DNA of 64,000 bases from an uncultured Oscillospiraceae bacterium (GTDB lineage Bacteria > Bacillota > Clostridia > Christensenellales > CAG-138). The stretch's first letter is position 1; the number at the start of each line of letters is the position of its first letter. The position numbers were made by a program, and so were the translations under genes. The notes under the pieces were generated by a model. That model was not told where the DNA came from. It searched no databases and saw only the letters and a program-made list of their open reading frames with translations. Shown piece after piece: positions 55,210-62,784 of the stretch. Where the stretch lies: the NCBI GenBank assembly GCA_964490325.1, contig CAZBBX010000002.1, positions 71,110 to 135,109 of the forward strand, written 5' to 3'.

Positions 55210-58200
55210 GGGGCGTTTCCTCCCGATACAGGCCGATGCGCCGCATCAACAGCAGATCCTCCTCCAAATAGGCAGAGGCGCGCTCGTCCCTGTTGTATTC
55301 CATTCCCGCGCCCTTGTCGGGCAGACGCGGACGGTAGATCGCCTCGGACAGCCGCTTGATGTCGAGCGTCTTGGAGAACGCTGTAAGATGCGTCTTTTCC
55401 AGAGCCGTCAGGATCTCCTTGGCGTTCACCAGCGCCGTATGCGACAGCTTATGCAGCGTCTTTTCGGAAGTGCCATGGATGTAGGAGGGGTATTTGTACG
55501 GCAGGATCAGGTTGATGGACGAGGGCAGGCGCTGAATGCTGCGGGGGCTTTCCACGCTGTCGCCGCCCAAGAAGGGGTACAGCAGGCTCTCGGTGAACCA
55601 GTACCGCATGTTGGGGATGAAGTACACGCAGTCCACCTTTCTGTTCTGCTGCCGCATCAGATCCTTGCCCTTGCCCGAAAGGATGCCCACCAGTATCTCG
55701 TCCACGGTCAGCTCCTCGCGCTTGAACAGGGGATCCAGCTTCTCCATGCGATAGCCGTTGTGCAACAGATCGTCCACCAAAATGACGGGACGGTCGAAGG
55801 AGCGGATCGTCTTGATCTGGCTTTGCAGGGTGGAATAGCCGGGGTACTCCGTGATGTCGAAGCCCTCGATGTTCGCATGGAACTGCTTGTTGGCGTGCAG
55901 CGTCTTTGTGACGGTGTGCGGGATGATCTTATTGGCAAGGATCTTGCCGTAGGGTACGCACATCTTCGGCCCCAGCACGCCCTCCGCCGTGTCCGCACCC
56001 ACGCCGTTATGCCTCTGTACCGCCTCGGTGAGCTGATCGTTGAGCAGCTCCGCCTCGAAAGACAGCAGCAGCTTGCCGGGATACAGCTCGGTCAGCACGC
56101 GGCGCAGACGCACGTTCGCCTCATCGATCGCCCTGCGGACGAGGGGCGCTGAGCGGTGCGGCTCCTTGATGTGCTGCAAAACGTCGTTTATCAGCACAAT
56201 GGGAAAGCGCATGTCCGTAAAGAGGATCGTGCGCTCCGTGTCGGGAACGCTCTCGTAGCCCGACAGCAAGAAGCAGTCGCGAAACTGTCGTCCCTCGTCC
56301 CGAAGCTCCGCAAGCGCATAGGTATAGTTGTCGCTCAGGCTGCGGGCGCAAAGCTCCAGCAGCAGCAGAGAGGCCTCCCTCTCGCCGCAGGCCGTGAGCG
56401 CGTCGATGACGAGCAGCTTGCCCGACACGCGCTCGCGCACATACTCGATGAGCGGCAGCTCACTTAGCTCATCAAACAGATCGTCCACATTTGCGGCATG
56501 GGCGCTGATACAGCCCAGCTCCTCCCCGTCGCCCCGCACAAGGCGTATGCTGCGCTTCTCCGTGCTGCGTCCCGACGAAAGCGCGGCCTCGCCCCGCTCC
56601 CAAAGGAAGCGCAGGCTCATCGGATCTGCAAGCTCTTTGTACTGCGGGGAACGCAGGTAGAAGCCGTATTCGTAGATGTACTCCTGCACGACGGGATCGA
56701 CCAGCATGGAGATGTCCAAGTCCTTGTCGATGGATTCGCGAATACGCGTGGAGCTGACGTCCTCATAGAAGGCGGGCAGGGACAGCGTGATCGTCTTGCC
56801 GCGGATGGCTGTTGGCAGAGGCGCGCTCTCCGATTCGCGCAGGAACAGCACATGGTTGTAGTCGGCCACGCCGCCAAGCTTTTGGTCGCGATAGGCGGAA
56901 GCGTGTGCCACCACGTCGCTGCCGACCACCAGATACAGCTCACGCTTTGGAAACAGCGACTTGAGCAGCCTTAGGTCGTTGTGATTGGCAAGGTTCACGG
57001 GGATCTCGTCGGGGAACACGCAGGCGTCGATGCAGTCTGCCGCCGCCATCTGCGCGATCTTTCTGCGCTGCAGCTTGGGCAGGGTACGCTTGCTCCAGGA
57101 GAACTCGTCGATCGCCAGAAACGTTTCAAAGCCCAACGCCGTAAGCTCCTGCGTGATGCGCTTGTGCCCAAGGGAGAAGGGGTCGAAGGTTCCCGGGAAG
57201 AACGCCGCGGGACGCGGGGCGGGATAGGCAAAATCGCCGTAGAGGACGCGGCTCTCCGTTGCAAAGCGGTACAGATGGTTGAGCATTGCCGCCGTGTTGT
57301 AACGGGTGAGGGTCTCCTCCCTTGGCTCGTCCAGCAGGGTCAAAAGCTTTTTTACGATGCGGGTGAAGATGGCGCGGCGGTTTGCCTGCGGGATGGCGGC
57401 GTTTGCAAAGATCTCGCGGCAAAGCACCAGCAGCGCCACGCGGTGGATCTCCTCGCGAAAATGCGCTACGCCCGTAAGCAGCAGACCGATGAGCCGCTGC
57501 GCAAGCGGCGTGTCGGGCGTGAAGTCCGCCTCCGCCGCCAGTCCCCCAAGAATGGCGCCAAGCGTCAACAGCGCAGCGCGGGCGCTCTTGGACAGGGACG
57601 AGCGCAAAAGCTGCTCCAGATACTCCACCGCCTCGTCGGTCTCCTTTTCGGGCAGACCAAGGATCAGCCGTCCCAGATAGGGGCCTATGAACTTGGAGAC
57701 CTCATACTGTCCCGTTTCGATCTCGCGGCTCAGATCGACGACGATCTCGTTTCGCTGATCGACCGTCAACAGGTCGCTGATGCGCATGAGTCCCTTCCCC
57801 GCCGCTTCGCGGGCGGGCAGATGCTCACTGACGCAGAGCACATTGGCAAGGTGCATGGCAACATGAAAGGCCTGCTCGGGCACGCGCTGCGCATATCCGC
57901 ACAGCAGCTCGATGTTGCAAAGCTTGATCGTCCAATGCACCGCGTTCTTGAGGTCGGAAAGGAAGATGGCGGCTATGTCCGCCTCCGTGGCGGCGTCCCC
58001 CGTCTCGATCTTCGTGGGGAACGACTGCGGCAAAAGCTCCCTTAGACGCGTAAAAAGCGCGTCGGGCAGTTTACTCTCCCACTCGGCATAGCAGCAGGCG
58101 GCGCAGATGCGTTCCTCCCTTTGATCGCTTTCGGCCAAGCAGACGAGCGCCTTTGCGCAGGCCTCCATATCCGCCGCCTCGTAATACTCCACGGGCAGGG

Positions 58201-59224
58201 AGAACGCCGCTGCATACAAAAGCTGCAAAGTCGGCTCCGCAGTGCAGAGCTTTTCGACAAGTACCCGCGCATACAGCCGCGCCCTGCCATGCTCACAGAA
58301 GGAAAAGAGGCTTTCCGTCACCACGCGCAGGGAGTTTTGAATGCGGGCGGCATGCTTTTGCGAGATCTTGTGATCGGGTTTGATCAGCTTGTCGAGATAG
58401 GAGCGCCACAGCTGCGCACCCTCCACAAGGATGCTGTCCAGAGCGGGTGCGACCCCGCCGCCCGAAACGGCTGCGGGCAGGCGCTTGCGATAGCCGGGGC
58501 CGCTGTTGGCAAGGATGCGTCCCATGATGCGTCCCGCCTGCCGTCTCACGTCCCCCGCGTGGTGCATCAAAAGCTCGTAGAGCAGCTCCAGCGCGGCAAG
58601 CTTGTTGGCGCGGGACATGTAGGTGACGTATTCCTCGATGGTGCGCAGATAGGTGCGGATGCCGTCTAAATTGCTTGCGTTGCGCACGGACTCCAGCAGC
58701 CGCTCAAAGGCGGGCCCCGACGCCAAGTAGTGCATGATGCGGATGTTGCTTTCCACCGTACGAAGGCGCAGCTCCTCTGCGGCCTCCTCGTGGGTCAGCA
58801 GCGCCGCATAGCGCGGCGAAACGGGCATACATTCGCTCTGCGCCGCGTCATCCCCTATCCCCAGTGAGCGCATGTACCCTTCAAAGTCCTTGAGCTTGCT
58901 GAACACCAGCGCATAGCGCGTCCTTTTTGCCTCGTCCACGTTGGCGAGCTTGGAAAGGATGATGCGATAGCCCTCGTTGAGCGTGACAAAGCGCATATGC
59001 TCCTTGCCCGCTTCGTCACGAAAGCCGCGCACACGGAAGTCCGCATAGATGAGCAGGAGCGATTCGACGGTCAAATTCTCGAACTCAAGATCCCAAGTGC
59101 TGTGATTTGCGGCGATGTGCGCGATGCGCTCCATGCCGCCGTCGACCAGCCACTTGTGCGTGTAGTAGTAGTGCAGATGCGGGGTGAGAGGCAGCTCATC
59201 GCCGCGGCAGCCGAACTTTCCCAC
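55202..59224 (-). CDS. Giant multi-domain protein, downstream fragment: rest of the HD domain, helical repeats, NadD-like nucleotidyltransferase, alpha/beta segment, PRTase-like C-terminus
   Basis: The ORF opens inside the HD motif (..SHD-VGKF..). FFPGTFDPFSLGH and VSSTRIRE are nucleotidyltransferase signatures. RPVILVDDLLHNGYR is a PRPP-loop-like motif. It is continuous with 59240-59844 once one G is restored at 59239-59242. Confidence 0.8.
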   Translation of the reverse strand: MGKFGCRGDELPLTPHLHYYYTHKWLVDGGMERIAHIAANHSTWDLEFENLTVESLLLIYADFRVRGFRDEAGKEHMRFVTLNEGYRIILSKLANVDEAKRTRYALVFSKLKDFEGYMRSLGIGDDAAQSECMPVSPRYAALLTHEEAAEELRLRTVESNIRIMHYLASGPAFERLLESVRNASNLDGIRTYLRTIEEYVTYMSRANKLAALELLYELLMHHAGDVRRQAGRIMGRILANSGPGYRKRLPAAVSGGGVAPALDSILVEGAQLWRSYLDKLIKPDHKISQKHAARIQNSLRVVTESLFSFCEHGRARLYARVLVEKLCTAEPTLQLLYAAAFSLPVEYYEAADMEACAKALVCLAESDQREERICAACCYAEWESKLPDALFTRLRELLPQSFPTKIETGDAATEADIAAIFLSDLKNAVHWTIKLCNIELLCGYAQRVPEQAFHVAMHLANVLCVSEHLPAREAAGKGLMRISDLLTVDQRNEIVVDLSREIETGQYEVSKFIGPYLGRLILGLPEKETDEAVEYLEQLLRSSLSKSARAALLTLGAILGGLAAEADFTPDTPLAQRLIGLLLTGVAHFREEIHRVALLVLCREIFANAAIPQANRRAIFTRIVKKLLTLLDEPREETLTRYNTAAMLNHLYRFATESRVLYGDFAYPAPRPAAFFPGTFDPFSLGHKRITQELTALGFETFLAIDEFSWSKRTLPKLQRRKIAQMAAADCIDACVFPDEIPVNLANHNDLRLLKSLFPKRELYLVVGSDVVAHASAYRDQKLGGVADYNHVLFLRESESAPLPTAIRGKTITLSLPAFYEDVSSTRIRESIDKDLDISMLVDPVVQEYIYEYGFYLRSPQYKELADPMSLRFLWERGEAALSSGRSTEKRSIRLVRGDGEELGCISAHAANVDDLFDELSELPLIEYVRERVSGKLLVIDALTACGEREASLLLLELCARSLSDNYTYALAELRDEGRQFRDCFLLSGYESVPDTERTILFTDMRFPIVLINDVLQHIKEPHRSAPLVRRAIDEANVRLRRVLTELYPGKLLLSFEAELLNDQLTEAVQRHNGVGADTAEGVLGPKMCVPYGKILANKIIPHTVTKTLHANKQFHANIEGFDITEYPGYSTLQSQIKTIRSFDRPVILVDDLLHNGYRMEKLDPLFKREELTVDEILVGILSGKGKDLMRQQNRKVDCVYFIPNMRYWFTESLLYPFLGGDSVESPRSIQRLPSSINLILPYKYPSYIHGTSEKTLHKLSHTALVNAKEILTALEKTHLTAFSKTLDIKRLSEAIYRPRLPDKGAGMEYNRDERASAYLEEDLLLMRRIGLYREETPHA

Positions 59225-59844
59225 ATCGTGGCTGAGCGCCCCGCAGACAGCAGCGGCAGATCGGTTGCCACCCCCGCAAGTGCCAAGAGCCTGCCAAAGT
59301 GCAGGGCAAGGTTGTGAACGCCCAGCACATGCGCCCCCGTGTCGAAGTTGGTGGCGTCCGAACAGATGCGCAGAAGGATCAGAAAATCATCGTCATAGAC
59401 CAGCTTTTGAAAGCGCCTGTACTCCCCCGCCACCGCGCTTTTGGAAAGCTCCGTATCGTCAACGTCGCGCATGGTCCGAAGCGGATCGAAGGGAGCGCCC
59501 TCCTCCCTTGCCAACGCGCAGCGGCAAACATCTAAAAGCAGCTCGACCGCATCGTGCTGCGCCTGCGTGAGCGAAAGACCCTCCTCAGTCGGATACAGGC
59601 GCTCTGTGAGCGCATCGTAGGCAAGACGGACAAGGCGCTTTTCATCGATCTGCGTATCGTCAAGCAGGGGCAGGCAGAGCTTCGCCGCAAAAAGTCCGTC
59701 AAAGGTTCCGTTTGCCGCCGCCTCGTCGATGCGCATAAGGAACGCCGCTTCGCTGCCGAAGGCTCGCGCAAGCATGACTGCAAGCTTTGTGTCGCGAAAG
59801 CGCTCTGTCAGCTTTGTTCGTTCCGTCGCTATGTCGTATCGCAT
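59071..59844 (-). CDS. Giant multi-domain protein, upstream fragment: N-terminal region and start of the HD domain, read out of frame after about 59240
   Basis: First ATG at 59844; the track start at 59895 is a TTG with no RBS. GAHVLGVHNLALHFGRLLALAGVATDLPLLSAG is the first HD-domain helix pair. The sequence after 59240 in this frame is low-complexity nonsense. Confidence 0.7.
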   Translation of the reverse strand: MRYDIATERTKLTERFRDTKLAVMLARAFGSEAAFLMRIDEAAANGTFDGLFAAKLCLPLLDDTQIDEKRLVRLAYDALTERLYPTEEGLSLTQAQHDAVELLLDVCRCALAREEGAPFDPLRTMRDVDDTELSKSAVAGEYRRFQKLVYDDDFLILLRICSDATNFDTGAHVLGVHNLALHFGRLLALAGVATDLPLLSAGRSATMWESSAAAAMSCLSPRICTTTTRTSGWSTAAWSASRTSPQITALGILSSRI

Positions 59845-59922
59845 GAAGACTGCCGCCCTTTCATCCGCGTATCGATGCAAAACAAGCCTCTGCAAGGAAG
59901 TGCGAACACAAATTTTAGATAT

Positions 59923-59951
59923 AGTATACCGAATTGCCGTTATAAATGCAA
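59923..59951 (-). promoter_or_regulatory. Sigma-A type promoter for the giant-protein operon
   Basis: On the minus strand: TTGCAT (59951-59946), 17 nt, TATACT (59928-59923), in the 57-nt gap after the TVP38 gene stop. Confidence 0.5.
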
Positions 59952-59952
59952 G

Positions 59953-60696
59953 TTACTGTCCGTCGAAAACGTTCTCCGTCTCGCCTGCTTTTTCGTTGAC
60001 GGCGTCACCCTCCGACAGCGCCAACTGCTTTTGCTCCCGCCGCGTGCGCCATTTTTCCTCTAATTTTTTGTTCAGCAGAATGCCGCCGAGCGCCAGTACC
60101 GCAGAGATGGCAAAGTAGACGATCGTCATTTTCCAGTTGCCGTCGTACAGGGAAGCCCCCGCAAGCGTGGAGGTTATGACGGAGGGGATGCGCCCCAGTA
60201 TGGCCGCCGCAAAGAAACGCTCGGGACGAACGGGTATGAAGGGGCCGAAATAGGTCAGCACGTCCTTGGGCGTGCCGGGGATGAGAAAGAGGATCACCAC
60301 CAAGCGGTACGCCTTTTTGGGATCCTTGAGGAAACGAAATTTATCGAACTTTTTGTTGTTTTCGATGCTCTTTGCGCCCAGCAGTCGCGTGCCGTAATAG
60401 ATGCTCACCGTGCCGATGCCTATCCCCAGCAGGCAGACGGCAAGTCCCCACCACGCCCCGTACAGGACGCCGGCGGCGATCTCCAGCGGCTCTCCCGGAA
60501 GGAAGGCGACAAAGATCTGTAACAGCTGCAAGCCCAAAAACACGGCGATGCTCCACTTTCCAAAGCCGCGTATGGTCTCCGCAAGATCTCCGCTGACAAG
60601 CAGCGGCCATGCCTTCACAACGCCCCAAGCGATAAGCGCCAAAAGTGTAAGGCACAGCAAGATCTTTCCAATCAAAATCGCTGTTTTTTTGTGCAT
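59953..60696 (-). CDS. TVP38/TMEM64 (DedA-related) family membrane protein
   Basis: FLPGEPLEIAAGVLYG motif and multiple TM segments. ATG 60696 gives MHKKTAILIGKILL. Confidence 0.8.
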   Translation of the reverse strand: MHKKTAILIGKILLCLTLLALIAWGVVKAWPLLVSGDLAETIRGFGKWSIAVFLGLQLLQIFVAFLPGEPLEIAAGVLYGAWWGLAVCLLGIGIGTVSIYYGTRLLGAKSIENNKKFDKFRFLKDPKKAYRLVVILFLIPGTPKDVLTYFGPFIPVRPERFFAAAILGRIPSVITSTLAGASLYDGNWKMTIVYFAISAVLALGGILLNKKLEEKWRTRREQKQLALSEGDAVNEKAGETENVFDGQ

Positions 60697-60851
60697 CCTT
60701 TGCCCCGTATCGGAGCCTCGCCCCCTCGCGAAGCATTCGTGTCCATTTATAAAAGCGGTGAGGCGGCGCCGATCTGTCGCTGTTGTCACGCTCACCGCCC
60801 GATCCTTTGTTTATTGCTCCCCCGCGTCATGCCCGCCAAGGCGGTCGCGGC

Positions 60852-61994
60852 TCAGGCCTCGCTGTGATACTTGTCCACCAAGTCCTTGTAGCGCTTGAGC
60901 GCAAGCTTTATGACACTGCTCCACGCCAGCGGGATGGTCTGCCGTGCGCGCACGCCCACCTCCGCAGCGCTCTTGAGCGCCTCGTTGATGCAGCGGGCAA
61001 TGTCCTCGGGTTCGTCCTCGCACAAGAAGCCGTTGTCGCCGTCCGTGATGCCCTCCGCCGCGCAGGCGCCGCGCACCACCAAGGAGGGCGTGCCCGCAGC
61101 CGCGGCCTCGCGCACGACCATGGGCGCGTTGTCGTACAGGGAGGGAAAGACCAACAGATCTGCCTTGGCATAGACGCCCATCAGCAACTCGCGATCCATG
61201 ATCTGTCCCGCAAAGATGACCCGATCAGTCAGTCCCAGTCGGATCACCAGCTCGCGGATCTTTTCCGCATCGGGCCCCTGCCCGACAAAGACCATCGTGA
61301 AGTCGTCGCGCTGCTTGGCGCAGATGGCGATCGCCTCCAAAATGTGCCGAATGTTCTTTTTGAAGTTGTGCTGCCCGACAAACAGCAGCGTATAGGGGCT
61401 GTGGATCTGCAGCTGCTGTGCAGCACGCTGCTTTTGCTCCTCGCTTGGGTACCACAGATCCGTCCCGTTGGGCATGACGATCACTTCCTTTTTGAAGCCG
61501 TAGTCGCGCAGCACATCTGCCGTGCTCTCGTTGACCGTCCACACCTCGTCGCAGCGGTTGTAAAAGTGCAGGATGATCTCCACACCCTGCTTGCTGATGA
61601 CCTTGCTCTTGGTCTTGGAATAAAAATCGTCGTAGTACTTGGAGTGAAACGAACCGACCAGCGGGATATGCCGAAACTGTGCCATGCGGATCGCTTCGGT
61701 TCCTGCCGTAAAGGGGCTGTGCGCATGGACAAGGTCGAAGCTGATCTTGCTCACGTTCCACAGGTAGTTGATGTCGATGAAGGGCAGTCCCAGCCGATAC
61801 GCTTCCTTGGGCAGGGGAACGCTGGCATAGTTCAATGCGGGGACCTCGTCGGTCTCCAAGCTCTCCTTGGGTTTGGGCGCGATGTACAGGCAGTTGTTCT
61901 GCCCATCGTTCATGTGCGTAACGTAATTTTTGACGACCGTTCCGACGCCGTCTATTTCAGGCGGAAATACGTCGCAATACTCGCCTATGATCAT
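60852..61994 (-). CDS. GT-B glycosyltransferase, family 4 (possibly a glycolipid synthase type)
   Basis: N-terminal PPEIDGVGTVV, HAHSPF, and a C-terminal EX7E-like region (FPSLYDNAPMVVREAAAAGTP). GGGAGG RBS. Confidence 0.85.
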   Translation of the reverse strand: MIIGEYCDVFPPEIDGVGTVVKNYVTHMNDGQNNCLYIAPKPKESLETDEVPALNYASVPLPKEAYRLGLPFIDINYLWNVSKISFDLVHAHSPFTAGTEAIRMAQFRHIPLVGSFHSKYYDDFYSKTKSKVISKQGVEIILHFYNRCDEVWTVNESTADVLRDYGFKKEVIVMPNGTDLWYPSEEQKQRAAQQLQIHSPYTLLFVGQHNFKKNIRHILEAIAICAKQRDDFTMVFVGQGPDAEKIRELVIRLGLTDRVIFAGQIMDRELLMGVYAKADLLVFPSLYDNAPMVVREAAAAGTPSLVVRGACAAEGITDGDNGFLCEDEPEDIARCINEALKSAAEVGVRARQTIPLAWSSVIKLALKRYKDLVDKYHSEA

Positions 61995-62016
61995 GATGAA
62001 CCTCCCAATCGTTAGT

Positions 62017-62046
62017 ACCGCCTTGAGTATACGCCTATAGAGCGCG
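62017..62046 (-). promoter_or_regulatory. Sigma-A type promoter for the GT4 gene
   Basis: On the minus strand: TTGACC (62046-62041), 18 nt, TATACT (62022-62017). Confidence 0.45.
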
Positions 62047-62127
62047 TTTGGTCAACGGGATCGACAGATCCTTACAAATTGTTCGCGTATCCTACGCATT
62101 TGCGGCATGATCGTGTGAGAAACGCCG

Positions 62128-62784
62128 CTACTGCTCGCAGGCAGAGACGATCTTCTTGGCGATCTCGTCCATGCTGAGAAGCTTTCCATCTGCCATGCAG
62201 CCGATGACCCGCGCCTCTTTGATGCGCTTTGCATACAGCAGATACTTGCTGCGTGCACGCGCCTGCAGGGAATCGTGCGCTTCGTATACGTCCTTTTCGT
62301 TGCCGACGTATTCGCGATAGCCCTTCTTGTCCACGTTGTGCGCCGCATCGTCCGTGTCCATGTCCAAGATCAGGTAGCGGTCGGGCTTGGGCAGACCGAA
62401 ATGCACATGCTCCAATTCGAGCACAAAGTCCAAGATGTCCTCCTTGTCAAGGTCGCAGTCGCGAATGCCTTGGTACACGGCGTTGGACAGCACAAAGCGG
62501 TTGATGAGCAGCACGTCGCAGTCCTTATAGTCGAGCTTTTGGAACGCCTCAAAGCGATCCAACGCAAACCACAGCGCCATGCTCTTGCCGTCCACGGTAT
62601 CCGCCGCAACGCCGTCGCGCGCACTGAGGTAGCGGCCGACATAGCCGCCAAAGAAGCTTTCATAGCAGGGGAAGGACAGCTCCATCACGCGCTTGCCCTC
62701 GGCGCGGTATTTCTGCGCCAATCTAGCCATCTGCACGCTCTTGCCCGTGCCGTCGATGCCCTCAAAGGCGATGATCTTTGTCAC
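62128..62784 (-). CDS. Thymidylate kinase-like protein (type I / eukaryote-like sequence pattern)
   Basis: GTG 62784 (GTGA overlap with the dapL stop). P-loop FEGIDGTGKS, SFP..., LWFALDRFE, LINRFVLSNAVYQG and GLPKPD are collinear by eye with human TMPK. The track ORF to 63162 is an artefactual extension. Confidence 0.75.
   Translation of the reverse strand: MTKIIAFEGIDGTGKSVQMARLAQKYRAEGKRVMELSFPCYESFFGGYVGRYLSARDGVAADTVDGKSMALWFALDRFEAFQKLDYKDCDVLLINRFVLSNAVYQGIRDCDLDKEDILDFVLELEHVHFGLPKPDRYLILDMDTDDAAHNVDKKGYREYVGNEKDVYEAHDSLQARARSKYLLYAKRIKEARVIGCMADGKLLSMDEIAKKIVSACEQ

Noticed and set aside
60751-60798. An 8-bp inverted repeat GCGGTGAG...CTCACCGC with a ~28-nt loop and a TTTT tail after the GT4 gene, considered as a terminator.
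   Set aside because: The loop is too large for a typical intrinsic terminator. I kept it out of the feature list pending an RNA-fold or Term-seq check.
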